Assembly (NCBI RefSeq): GCF_021869535.1
Contig: NW_026262701.1
Span: 2,542,001-2,606,000, forward strand
Reading direction: 5' to 3'
DNA length: 64,000 bases
Origin: Mytilus californianus
Taxonomy: Eukaryota
The notes under the pieces are model-generated. The model had not been told where the DNA came from. It did no database searches and worked only from the letters and a program-made list of their open reading frames with translations. Position 1 is the first letter of the stretch; each line of letters begins with the position of its first letter. Position numbers and translations under genes: made by a program. This document shows positions 40,501 through 55,500 of the stretch, piece by piece.

Positions 40501-43500
40501 CACCAGGGCCATATGGTTCAACTTTGTCTCCTCCCCTTAATCCTAATACACCAACACCAGCACCAAGCTTAAAAGGTGAGACCTATCACGATAACTTCTA
40601 TATTATTCACGGAAAATTTTTCAGCCTATTTTGTTCTACTGTAGATTCATTATTATTCATTGGACATTTTTCGTGGATTTCTAACATAAAGATGAACAAC
40701 AAATTCAAATGTTCTAGGTAGTACAAATCTTCTATAGGCTTGTATGCAGACTTTCGAAAAACCAAGAAATCAAGTTTTCTTGAAAGTATGATTGTTCCTG
40801 AAGCCACGAATATTGGTACCCATGAAAATAAATGAATCCACCGTATTTAACCTTGTAAAAATGAACCGCTGGGTATAAAACAGCATGCACATCAGGAAGA
40901 AAGATAACTTCATCTGAATGGAAATATCTGATGCATATCCTTAGATTCAATTTTTAGTTTACACCAATGAATATGTTTGGGATTTTAGAGCACCCTCAGT
41001 GTCCATATTCATATGAAAATACCCATTTAGGTCAACTAGAAGCTCTCATATCATATTTGCCTGCACTCATGCATATCTTCATTTGGTAGTAACGTTTCCT
41101 GTAAGACTGTGTTACCATTGAAAACAGGCAAATGCTGTATTGTTTTCTATTCATTGGCTTTGGTTGAAATTTATATCCGCAATGGCATAGTGAGATCACT
41201 TTGCAGATATTTTTTTTTGTTTTTTTCTAATTTTTATTTTTGATATATCTATATTTAGAGGTGCAGCCAACTGTCAGGTCCAGGAAAATTGTGATGAAAA
41301 AGGAAGTGGGGGGGTGGGGTATACTTGTTTACTTCCATTCCTTTGTCCGTCCATATGTTCCATGAAATTTTGGTCTGAAGCTTTACGTGAGCATGCTATA
41401 CAGCTCTGTGTGATGCATTTTCTATTTATGGAATACTTATATTTCCTTACACATTACCAGTAACACTTTTTGTCATGTTTATCTCAGGAACTACAAATAA
41501 GTGTATCTTGAAATTTAGCATTATGCTTTACATCATTCATGCTATACCATACATGTGAACCTCCCGACGGGAGTACAATAATCCCGTTTTCAGGGGTCTC
41601 CTCCCGACCTCCCGTTGAAGAGAAAAAAATCCTGTGTATGAAATTTTTCATGAATGAAAAATTTCTGCCCAACATATCATCTCAGGCATCTGGTGTAACT
41701 GACATTACCTGAAGTTATATTTTACCTGTAAATCAATTAACATGCATAATTATATGGCTTCACTTGTCAGCTTGGGTGTCAAACATACTGGTAATCAACG
41801 ATTTTTACCTCAGGCTAACTGCCGTTGTGTAATAAAAACTTTGTGTATTTATTGGGTTACTTCCCTTGATTTATCCTGTTTTAAGTTACTTTCCTTTAAA
41901 TAATGAAAATTTTTAAAAGAATATAAATAAAATATAAATTGAACAAATAATCATAAAAGGATGGTAATTAAATGATTTTAAATGTCTTAGGACAAATAAA
42001 AAAATAATAATTTGAAATTTATTTGAGGGTTCTATACTTCCTTTCAAGGCTTAAATTGAAATTTATATATTAACTATGACCCTTGTAAAATTTTCTGAGT
42101 ATGCAAAAAAAAACTCTTTACAGATAATTAAACAAATGTCCTGATTGCAATGATTGTTCTATAGAATAATGATATAAAAGATGAAGTAAAAAATTTAAAG
42201 AACATACAAAAAAAAAAAAGAATGTTAGATTGAACATGTAGAATATAAAGATAGAGAAAATTTATAAGTACAAGGGTACTATAAACATAATACATTGGAT
42301 GGAAAGTTGAAGAAAACACACTTTAAAAGACAATTTTTACAGCACACAGTGGTTACATTTACGACAAAATTTATGTCGATTAAAAACCTCCTGATCTGAG
42401 TCCTAATCTCCTGACCAAAATTTCCCAATCTCCTGATCTGAGTTTCACAGTCCATCACATGTATGCTATACTGTGTGCTTCTCTTTCAATTTTATCACTC
42501 ATCCACTTCCTGTTTACTTAATACTTATAGCTATAGCTCAGTTCAACTTGTTATAATCCATGCAAGGACTAGCTACTGTGGATTCATTTATTTTCGTGGG
42601 TACCAATTTTCGTGGATTAAGGAAAACTTGCATTTTCATGGATATTGAATTTCGTGGTTTTGCCGACGTCTGCATTCAAGCCTATAGAAAATTTGTTATT
42701 CGTTGAACATTTAATTTCGTGATTCATCTGTACCCATGAAATCCACGAAAGATGGTATCCAACGAATAATAATGAATCCACAGTATTACCTAAAGTGTGT
42801 ATACATTTTTGTTTAAGGGCCAGCTGAGGCCAGCCTGCGGGTGCACGATTTTCTCACTGTGTTGAAGACCCATTGGTGGCCTTTGGCTGTTTTCTGCTCT
42901 TTGGTCGGATTGTTGTTGCTTTTTTTTTTCCATTCACTTTTTGATATTTCAGGTAAATGTGTATACAGAGGTGTTGCTTACTCTCAGGGCCAGCAATGGT
43001 TTGATGACTGTAGTCTGAAGTGTGTATGTGAAGATGGACCTGCAGGACTCTACAGATGTAGTGAAAGGTAATCATTGCACTTTGCACAATGTTGAATAGA
43101 ATGTTTATAAAACCTAAAAAGACATACAAGGTATGCCTCGTGGGATGAGTGTTGGTTACTATCAAAGACCCTTATGTTTGCTAGGTGGAAGGCCTTTGAT
43201 TATACCAGTTCGTAGTCCATGTAGAGAAAAGCATAGCTTCCTGGTTATGTATTCTATAGTGTAGCAAGCATAGTACATTTAATTTACACTTGCAAGCACA
43301 GATAAAGCACAGATATCCTTAAAATGAAGGGAAAGCCCGAGACGGCCCAAAATATAGGTGGTGCTCCTGTCATTGGAGGGAACACAACACAGTTTTGTAC
43401 ACAAATATGGCAACATGAAACACGATCGGAAATCCATTTTATGATGTCTAACCGTTTAGATACGAGGGGGAAAATAATAATTGACACACTAGCCCTGATA

Positions 43501-46500
43501 TTTGCCAGTCTATGCGCCATTTCTGGTCAAAATGCGCAATTTGCGCATGGTACTGGACCTTCCCGATCACTGACATTGTAAATAATTAACTGTAACTTAC
43601 ACTTGCTCATAACAATATAAAAAAGGTGATAATCAGAGACAATCCTTGGTTAACATATAGGTCAAATTTTTAATGGCATCTTCATCAGAAACTTCAAGGA
43701 TAAATATTCCCAAACTTTCTATGAATGTTGACTATACATTTTAACCAGATCTTATTTATAATCAATGTTGAATGTGGGTGACACTAGCTCAGTTTCTTCA
43801 GAATCTGTAGTCGCTCGTCAGCCTACTGAAATCAAAACAAAAATTCTTCTCTTTCCTTTGCTAGTTTTATTTTGCAGTCTGTCTGCAACCCCTTATTTAT
43901 TGTCTGGCTCTACATAAATGTCCAAAAAGTTTTAAAGACTGATTGTTCAATGTTTGATACAAGTTAAGCAGGATGTTAGATTTGATGCTATGTGTGGATA
44001 ACAGAGGTTGTTTTAGGATTAAACACCTTTTTCTGAATAAAAGTCTGATTGATGTAAAGTTCTTGGACAGTGTCAAAGTTTACAAATCATTGACCTCTAC
44101 ACAAAATGTTTTTAATCCTTTTAATTCTCAACCCAAACTTTTGATTGTTTTTTCTTTCAATTTGAACTAGCTTTCTTGGAACCCAAGGATTCCATTCTTG
44201 TCTATGGCATATGAATATATTACACTGAAAACAGCATTGTTTATAGAATAAATTTCATGAACATGATCTATTGGACTAGCGTTAACTAAGGAAAATAAAT
44301 TCTAACACACCAATCACAACAAATGATTTGTTTATATGGAAATGATATCAGAATTACTATCTTTAACTATGCATGCTAATGTTTTTGTAAGATGTTTTGT
44401 GTTTAATGATTGATAGGTCGTCTTTGTTAACACTTCTATTTCATCTTTTTTTTTTTTATTCATTAAATGTATTTGATGTTTTATTTCAGAATGACAGAAA
44501 GACAATTAATGGACAAAAAACTATACATTTTAAGAAATATATATTTTTAAAAATGTTTGCCTTAGCTGAGGAGACAGTGTTATAACTAAGTCTTCACTTT
44601 ATAGGGATTGTATTTTTATAATAGCAATACTATATATAGAGTTATTTTTTATTACACAGATGTGCCAAATATACTGGACTGCCATCTACATGTACATTAA
44701 TACCAGATCCTCAAGATCCCATCTGTTGTCAGGCACCTAAATGTACATACACCAATGGTACTGGCTTTGCTACAGCACCACCTGGTGTCATTTCCGGAGG
44801 TATTGTTACACCAACACCACAACCATATCAACAGCCAACACCATACCCTGGATACACTGGACCGACCTCAGCTCCAACCGTGGCTCCAACATTTAAAGGT
44901 AAATTGTCACATCTGATTGATCTATATTTATTAGATTTTAGAATAAGCTATGCTATAATCTGAAAAAGAATAGGATAAATTAGATTTTTTATACCCCTGC
45001 TATGACTTCTGAGTGAGGATATACTAAACAACAACTTGTCAGTTTATGAAATTTTTCGTTGCATACTTCTCAGGAACTTTAATCTAGAGCTTCCTTAAAC
45101 TGTGAATCAGGCTTCCCTTAGCATGCTAATCCATATGAAACTGTGACTCAGGCTTCCCTTAGAATGCTATACCAAAAGAAACTGAATCAGGCTTCCCTTA
45201 GCATGCTATACCATATGAAACTGTGAATCAGGCTTCCCTTAGCATGCTATACCATATGAAACTGTGAATCAGGCTTCCCTTAGCATGCTATACCATATGA
45301 AACTGTGAATCAGGCTTCCCATAGCATGCTATACCATATGATGTGTTGTCACATTAGTTGCCCATTTAACTTCCTGTTTAAAAGAATACTTATATACTTG
45401 TTTTTTGCTTAATGTCCAGTGACAAACATCTTATGCATATTTAGAACAAGTAAAAATTAAGAAGAAATCCATTTTTTTACAGATGTTTGTGTGTACAAAG
45501 GAAAGCAGTATTCTCAGGACCAGAAATGGCAGGATGGTTGTGACTTTGACTGTGTTTGTCAAGATTCCAAAAAAGGATTGTACAAGTGTACAGAGAAGTA
45601 AGTAAAGCAAAAATATTGTCTTAACATAAATTATATTTACTGCATTATTCTGTGAAGGGAGTGAATAAAAGAAATAATATATGTATGTTATGTATGGTAA
45701 CGCAGTTGCTCATATTTAAATATTAATGACAAGATAGCAAAATGAGGCTATCTTTTAAGTTTTTGCTGTTTTGCACTTAAGAAGTTTGAAACCCTAATGC
45801 CAATATTTATGACAAAATTCAAAAATATAAATGTATACTGATGTCTTATGAACATTTGAAGGATGCTATTTGGTAGATTTATAATTCCTTTTTGATTTTT
45901 AAATTCAAAAGACCTTATCATACATTCTCTTTTTCAAATTTTGAATGAAAACAACTAAAAGCCTGTATTTGAATTCATGGGTTTGGTATTAATTTCATTC
46001 ATTACTTATAAATTTAACATTAGCATGGTGCAACTTGCTAACAGAAGGCATTTAAACATGAAAATAACAGTGTGACTTAGTTATAATTCTGACCAAAAGA
46101 CAAAAAAATATTCTTTTCATTGTAATATAAAATTGATGGTTTATGATGAAGCACAATGTGGTAGTACATTACATCAAATTTGTTAACACATCATCATAAT
46201 AGTGCAATTTCCTATTATAGGAACTTATAGTAGGGAACAAGTATAATTTGAATAAAAGATATTAAGCATAAAATGGACAACAATATGAGATTGATTATTG
46301 CGATTTTATGAAAAGCTGCATATAGATATATGTATCAGATATCAGAATGTGAATTCTTGATATTGCAATGCTTATCCAGTCGCATCATTGGCATATATTA
46401 CACACTTGAATTTACAGTATTATTTTGTCAAACTTTCTAGAAAAATGTTGGTCCAAGTGTAAGATAGTTTCTTTATTCATTCTGTCACCAGCATATTGTT

Positions 46501-49500
46501 TTTGATCGCTACACATCTTCCACTTTGTTAGATCAGCAGTAAGTCATTAATGACCGTACCATTTCAGATAACAACTATCATTTAACATTTTATTACCTTT
46601 TGACACTAAAAGGATTTCTATTTCTAACTAATAAATGATTTCAGGTGTCCAAAGTTTGTAGACATTCCTAAAGAATGTACACTGACCCGAGATTACCAAA
46701 ATCCTTGTTGTATGAAGGTTAAATGTCAACCATCATTGATCCCATCACCAGGACCTAATGCCTCACCAACCCCTGCTGGTAAGATACTACAGATTTTATT
46801 CTTATGGTGAAGGATTTCCGGTATCACAGGAATTAGTAGGCATAATTTGATCAGATTTACTACAAAGAAAAAAACTTGAAGCACCTTGTGGATAATTGAA
46901 TATATCATGTTAGTGGAAAAGTCCTCGCAATGTACAAAATCTCTCAAGTTAAAATTAGAAATGGAAAGGTTCTAATGATGATATTGATAAAATAAGATAT
47001 CAGAAAGTGGTAAGATAATCAAATAAGCTAAACAGTATGCCCCTGATTAATGTTTTCTTCAACAGAGAAAAAATATAAATACTTAAAATCAAGTCATAAA
47101 AACTAAGTAAGCTGCAAATTCTTAGTCAGAAGCATATGGTTCTTTGATTCATATAGGCAACACTTTTATAGCTGACTATGCGGTATGGGCTTTGCTGATT
47201 GTTGAAGGCCGTACATGCAGTGACCTATATTTGTTAATTTCTGTGTCATTTGGTCTCTTCTGAAGAGTTGTCTCAATGGCAATCATCCCACATCTAATTT
47301 TTATAACTCAATTGCAAGTCCACTACACACAAGAAATAAGGGGGAAAAAAGTCCATTTCACAAATTTGTTGGAGGCAAAATCATTCTATTAAAATTGACT
47401 TGAGCGGGTAGAAAGGGACTTTAAAATTTCTTTGAAAACCAGCATACTGTGAATAATACTGCATAAATTATAAGAACTTACAACTATAAATGACTTTTGA
47501 TACATGTCCTAAAATAAAACTTCTATTCCCACTTCTCAAATTCATTTTTACTGGAAAAGCCTTCAACATGTGTGAAAACAAAATTAAAATTTACAAATGA
47601 AGACTATGCTATTTTATATTATTTTTTTCAGCATTAAATTATCAGCAGTGTAAATAAATTTTGTTTATAAGTTATTTACAGTATAGAAAAATATGTAATG
47701 AGAGATATGTAATTTTGTTTAAAGGTCAATGTATGTATAATGGTGTACCATTTAACGAAGGACAGACATGGAATGATGGATGTGATCTAAGATGTTCCTG
47801 TGAGAATGGCACCACAGGGTATTACAGATGCAGTGATAGGTATGTAGTTTGGTGGAACTAAATGCATGTGTACCCTTTTTATGCTTTTGAATTATGGTTA
47901 CTTCACAAACTAATTTTAGCATGTTGTATAAAATGTCATTTGCCTAAATCCCACTCTTGGTCACAATAAATACTATAACAAAACAGGACAGATAAGAATG
48001 TTTTTCTATTATTTCATTTATAAAGATGATATACATGTATCAGGGTTTTTTAATGTTCTAATTTACATAACTTACAAAAAATTAAGAGAATTGAAGAGCT
48101 AAGAAGTAAATACAAAGCAAATCCAATCAAAATATTTCTTTAAGGTGGTACTTAACACTACAGGGAGATAACTCTGTAAAAATCAGTTGAACGTTTTAAT
48201 CACATTCTATTTTTAAGAAAATGTAAAGCTTCTCAATGATCAAAATAAGTGTTTGTCAAACTGCTATATATCCAATGTAATTTTTCCGATAAAGTGTGTG
48301 GTTCAAGTATTTTGAAATTTTCATATTTTGTTCAAAGGTCAAATTAAATATTTTGTCAAAATTTTATGAAAATTAAACGAGCCAAATTAATTTTAGTCAA
48401 GGTGTTTGGTACAACCTTAAATGAGTGAATATATTATGTTTTAGATGTGCTAAGTATCCAAATATTCCAAGCTACTGCACAATGGAGACTGATCCAAATG
48501 ATCAGTGCTGTATGAAACCAAGGTGTCAACCAGCACCTGCTACAACAGTTATACCTACAATATCACCATATCTTACACCAGGACCAGGTGTGACTTACCC
48601 ACCAAACAAGGTACCAACTCAGTATCCAGGTCAAACATTTGCACCTGGGAAAGCACCAACACTTGAACCATTCAAACCATACCCACCTGGACTTCAGCCA
48701 ACTATGTCACCTTTATTGACACCAGGTCCTGGTTATACCTATCCACCAGGAAAAGTACCAACACAATATCCAGGACAAACATTTCTACCAGGCAAAGCAC
48801 CAACATTGGCACCATATAAACCATTCCCACCAGATCTGCAACCAACAGCATCACCATTTCTAACACCTGGCCCAGGCTACACTTATCCTCCAGGAAAAGT
48901 CCCAACTCAGTATCCTGGACAAACATTCAAACCAGGAAAGGAACCTACATTGTCACCCAACAAACCTTTCCCTCCAGATTTGTTACCAACAATGTCACCA
49001 TATTTGACACCAGGAGTAGGTTACACATATCCACCCGGTAGAGTCCCAACTCAGTATCCAGGACAAACTTTCCCTCCAGGAAAAGAGCCAACATTATCTC
49101 CATACAAACCGTTCCCACCAAATTTGAGACCAACAATGTCACCTTATAGAACTCCAGGTCCAGGATATACATACCCACCTGGGAAAGTTCCACCTACCAG
49201 TTTCCCTGGAGAGATACCAACTTTGTCACCATTCAAACCATTCCCACCAGATCTTCTGCCGACTTTAGCTCCTTATTTGACACCAGGACCAGGCTACACT
49301 TATCCACCAGGAAAAGTACCACCAACCAGTTATCCTGGAGAAATTCCAACTCTTCCTCCATACAAACCATTCCCAAAAGGACTAGAACCAACATTGTCAC
49401 CGTACCTAACACCAGGACCAGGCTATACATATCCACCAGGCAGAGTTCCAACTCAATATCCAGGACAGACCTTTCAACCTGGGAAGGAACCAACTCTGGC

Positions 49501-52500
49501 TCCAAACAAGCCTTTCCCTCCTGGACTGATGCCTACAATGGGACCTTATAGAACACCAGGACCAGGCTACACCTATCCCCCAGGAAAAGTACCACCTACA
49601 AGTTTCCCTGGTGAAATTCCAACTCTGTCACCATATCAAACATTCCCACCAGATCTTTTGCCAACACAGTCACCATACTTAACACCTGGACCAGGTTACA
49701 CCTACCCACGAGGGAAAGTACCAACAGAGTATCCAGGGCAGACATTTGCCCCAGGAAAGGAACCAACTCTTGCTCCAAACAAACCATTTCCACCAGGACT
49801 TGGACCAACTTTGTCACCATACCTCACTCCAGGACCAGGCTACACATACCCCCCAGGTAGGTACACATATCTACTTACTTTGTTCCTTTATGGCCCAGCT
49901 TAGGTAAAGGGAAAAACTAACAAAGCATTCCCACCAGGACTTTGACCAATTTATCACCATACCTGACTCCAGGACCAGGGTACACATACCCAACAGGTAG
50001 GTACACATATCTACTTACATTGTACCTTCATGACCTGGCTTAGGTAAAAGGAAAAACAAACAAAGAAAAAAGAAAGTGGGGGTAATTTCAGTCATCTGAC
50101 AATTAGAATGTACAATTCACTATTTACCAACAAATAAACAAAAGATATATCAAAAGTAAAGAATTTTGTAAATGGCAGCATATGATGAAGATATATCATG
50201 CAATAATATCATGCTTAACTTTAAATAAATGTATTTTCAGGGAGAGTACCAACACAGTACCCAGGACAAACCTTCCAACCAGGGAAAGAACCAACTCTGT
50301 CACCATATAAACCTTTCCCACCAAATCTTCTACCAACAATGGGGCCATATTTGACACCAGGACCCGGATACACATATCCACCTGGAAAGGTTCCACCAAC
50401 CAGTTACCCTGGAGAGATACCAACTTTATCACCTTACAAACCATTCCCACCTGACCTCATGCCAACACAGGCACCTTACATTACACCAGGACCAGGGTAT
50501 ACCTACCCACCAGGAAAAGTGCCAACACAGTATCCAGGTCAAACATATAAACCAGGGCATGCACCAACATTAGCACCTAATAAACCTTTTCCACCAGATT
50601 TGTTGCCAACACAGGCACCATATTTGACACCTGGCTATGGCTACACATATCCTCAGGGTTATAAGATACCTACACAGTTTCCAGGACAGACTTTCCCTCC
50701 AGGACAGATACCTACATTAGAACCAAATAAACCATTTCCGCCAGGACTTGGACCAACTCTATCACCTTATTTAACACCAGGACCAGGATATACTTATCCT
50801 TCTGGACAGGTACCTCCAACCAGGTATCCTGGAGAAATACCAACACTAGCACCATATAAGCCATTCCCACCAGGACTGGGTCCAACGATTTCTCCATATC
50901 TGACACCAGGACCAGGGTATACATATCCACTTGGAAAAGTACCAACACAATATCCTGGACAGACCTTCCAACCAGGAAAGGAACCAACATTGCCACCATA
51001 TAAACCATTTCCTACAGGATTATTGCCAACATTGTCACCATTATTAACCCCTGGACCAGATTACACATATCCACCAGGGAAAGTGCCAACACAGTATCCT
51101 GGACAGACATTTGCTCCAGGGAAGGAACCAACATTATCACCATATCAGACATTCCCTCCTGGTCTCAGGCCAACAATGTCTCCATATCTAACACCAGGGC
51201 CAGGAGTTACCTATCCACCAGGAAAAGTACCAACTCAATACCCAGGACAGACATACCAACCTGGCAAGGAACCAACATTGGTACCTAATCTTCCATATCC
51301 TAGCTATTTGTTACCAACAAGAAGTCCATATCGAACACCAGGACCAGGCTACACTTACCCACCAGGAAAAGTTCCACCAACCAAATTCCCAGGAGAGATT
51401 CCGACACTGTCACCATACAAACCTTTCCCAACAGATTTGTTGCCAACAGCTTCACCATACTTGACACCAGGACCAGGCTACACATACCCACCTGGGAAAG
51501 TTCCACCAACCAGTTTCCCTGGAGAGATACCAACTTTGTCACCATTCAAACCATTCCCACCAGATCTTCTGCCAACAGTTGCACCGTATCTGACACCAGG
51601 CCCAGGCTACACTTATCCCCCTGGTAAAGTCCCAACTCAGTATCCAGGCCAAACATTCCAACCTGGGAAAGAACCAACTTTATCCCCTGACAAGCCTTTT
51701 CCTCCAGGTCTTCTGCCAACAGTTAGACCATATTTCACTCCAGGACCAGGCTACACATACCCACCAGGGAAGGTTCCAACTCAGTATCCAGGCCAAACAT
51801 TTGCTCCAGGAAAGGAACCAACTCTTGCTCCAAACAAACCATTTCCACCAGGACTTGGACCTACTTTGTCACCATACCTCACACCAGGACCAGGCTACAC
51901 ATACCCACCAGGAAAAGTTCCACCAACCAGATTCCCAGGAGAGATACCAACATTATCACCATACAAACCTTTCCCACCAGATTTGTTGCCAACAGCTTCA
52001 CCATACTTGACACCAGGACCAGGCTACACTTATCCTAAAGGAAAAGTCCCAACACAGTATCCTGGACAAACATTCCAACCAGGAAAGGAACCTACACTCC
52101 AACCGGACAAACCATTTCCTCCAGATCTACTACCAACAGTAGCTCCATACTTTACACCAGGACCGGGCTACACCTACCCTCCAGGAAAAGTACCAACTCA
52201 ATATCCAGGCCAGACATTTGCACCTGGGAAAGCACCAACCCTGCCACCTTGGAATCCATTCCCTCCAGGATTAGGACCAACTCTGTCACCTTATCTTACA
52301 CCAGGACCAGGCTATACATACCCACCAGGAAAGGTTCCACCAACAAAATTCCCAGGAGAGATACCTACACTGTCACCTTACAAACCATTCCCACCAGATC
52401 TGTTACCAACAAAAGCACCCTATTTGACTCCAGGACCAGGGTACACATATCCTAAAGGAAAAGTACCACCAACCAGTTTTCCAGGAGAGATACCAACACT

Positions 52501-55500
52501 AGCACCTTATGAGACTTTTCCACCAGATTTATTACCAACAATCAGGCCTTATTTCACACCAGGACTAGGTTACACATATCCACAAGGAAAAGTACCACCA
52601 ACAAGTTTCCCTGGAGAAATTCCAACATTAGCTCCATACAAACCATTCCCACCAGGACTTGGACCAACTTTGTCTCCATACCTGACTCCTGGACCTGGCT
52701 ACACGTACCCACCAGGAAAGGTCCCACCAACACAGTATCCAGGACAGATTCCTACACTGTCACCATACAAACCATTCCCACCAGGATTAATTCCAACAGC
52801 TTCACCATACCTTACACCTGGACCAGGAGTAACATATCCTCCAGGGAAAGTACCAACACAGTATCCAGGTCAAACATATCCACCAGGACTGGCACCAACA
52901 CTGGCACCTAACAAACCATATCCCCCAGGTCTTTTACCAACACTATCACCATACTTGACACCAGGACCAGGATACACATATCCTCCAGGCAGAGTACCAA
53001 CACAATACCCAGGACAAACTTTCCTTCCAGGAAAAGCACCAACTCTGTCACCATATCAAACTTTCCCACCAGGTCTCCAACCAACATTGTCACCTTATCT
53101 AACCCCAGGACCAGGTTACACATACCCACCAGGAAAAGTTCCACCAACCAATTTCCCTGGAGAGATTCCAACATTGCCACCATATCAACCATTCCCACCA
53201 GATTTGATACCAACTGTCTCCCCTTATAGAACACCAGGACCAGGTTACACTTACCCACCAGGCAAAGTACCACCAACTAGTTATCCAGGAGAAATACCAA
53301 CACTGTCTCCCTACAAACCATTCCCATTGGATCTGTATCCAACAGCATCACCATATCTGACACCAGGACCAGGCTATACATACCCGCCAGGAAAGGTCCC
53401 ACCGACACAATATCCAGGACAGATTCCAACACTGTCTCCATTCAAACCCTTCCCACCAGGTCTGATACCAACTGCCTCACCTTATAGAACACCAGGACCA
53501 GGTTACACTTACCCACCAGGCAAAGTACCACCAACTAGTTATCCAGGAGAAATACCAACACTGTCTCCAAACAAACCATTCCCACCAGATTTATTTCCAA
53601 CCCTTGGTCCTTATGCAACACCAGGACCAGGCTATACCTACCCACCAGGAAAAGTACCACCAACAACTTTCCCAGGAGAGATTCCAACCTTGTCTCCATA
53701 CAAAACATTCCCACCAGATCTCAAGCCTACATTGTCACCATATAGAACACCAGGGCCAGGCTACACGTATCCTCCAGGAAAGGTCCCAACACAATATCCA
53801 GGACAGACTTACCAACCTGGAAAGGAGCCAACTTTGTCACCATACAAACCTTTCCCAACAGACTTGTTGCCAACTATATCACCGTATCTGACACCAGGAC
53901 CAGGTTACACATATCCACTTGGGAAAGTACCAACACAATATCCTGGACAGACATTCCCACCAGGAAAAGAACCAACATTGTCACCATATAAACCATTCCC
54001 ACCTGATCTTCTGCCAACATTAGGTCCATATTTGACTCCAGGACCAGGCTACACTTACCCACCAAATAAGGTACCAACTCAGTATCCAGGTCAAACGTTT
54101 GCACCTGGGAAGGCACCAACATTGTCCCCATACCTTCCCTTCCCACCAGGATTGAGACCAACACCTGGACCAACGAATGCTCCAACCAAGAAGCCTTATT
54201 TAATACCTACGGCCATACCTGGTATCATCACTGGCCAAGGTGTTGGAGTAAACGGAAGTAGGTATTTTAAAAAAGATAATTGGTAATACACAAAATTAAT
54301 TCTGGATAATTTTTAAGTTATTCCATTAGATAATCATGTGATATTATTTTCATCAGGTAATCACACAGAGGAAATCTTGTAATAACATATTCTAATTTAA
54401 TTTTATGGAACAGTTTTTTATATTGGTTAAGATTTACCTTCACAGTTGACATGACTTAGCTAAAAAGTGAGCCACCATATTGAATTGCTTTGATCAACAA
54501 ATGTTTAATTACTACAATATAATCAAAAATAAAACAACACTATCCTCAAAAACAGTATTAAGATGTAATTTAATCCAAATTTGAATAGTAGAAGTAATGT
54601 AATAAACCTTCAGTTTGGTAGTTTTCATTTGTGTGACATCATGTTTGGCCATGACGTTTATGTGCCAAAATCATTCATGAAATTTTGCAGAATTTTATTT
54701 TATTTCAAAAAAAAATTTCTCAAGCTCTAACTTATTATTTTTTGTTGTAATGCATTAGAATCGGAATAACAGTACTGTGGTTGAAGAATTGCCACCATCT
54801 ATTTGGATTTGATGGTCACAAATATCCATTTTACTGACTCCCCTACACATCGCCAGTAAAACTGCATTTGCAACCATTAAATCACCAATTGACGGAGGCA
54901 ACTCTTCGACTACAGTTTTTCCTTAAGTTACGATTTATAGCAGTGTTTTAAATACTGGATGTCTATCTGTCTAGTTTGGTAAGTGCTATCACACATTTCA
55001 ATTCTTGCCATATTTTAGGGAATTTATATGAAAGGAAATATCAGCAATGCTCAGACAAGTTGTAAAATAAGTGCTTAACCATTTTATGCCGCTTGGAAAT
55101 ATTGATTATATGGAAAGATGTATAAGCGCTCTTAAGGGTACATTTCTTGTAGGTTTTTTAGTGAAAGTTGATAATCAAAGGTTTATATCAGCAATATCTC
55201 GATAAATTTGAAAATCAGATTTGATCAATTATTTTTACAGGAGTTATACCCCTTAGAAATAGAAATTTAATGTAAATTTGCATTGTTAAAGATAGGCGAA
55301 AGATACCAAATGAACATTCAAACTCGTTAGTCAAAAATAAACTGACAATGCCATGCCAAAAAACTAAAAAATGATCAAAAGACATTTAGACAAACAACAG
55401 GAAATCATCTAAGCATCTAATTTCATTTAGGATATTTATGGAAATATATTTCACATGATGTTAATACTGTTGATATACTTTTCTTCAAGGGTATCAATTT

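Noticed and set aside
41554-42449. Possible TIR element (TGTGAA...TTCACA)
   Set aside because: The TIR is weak and no TSD was found.
48702-54185. Minus-strand and alternative-frame ORFs over the repeat exons
   Set aside because: Shadows of the CCA/ACA-rich coding repeat with no independent features.
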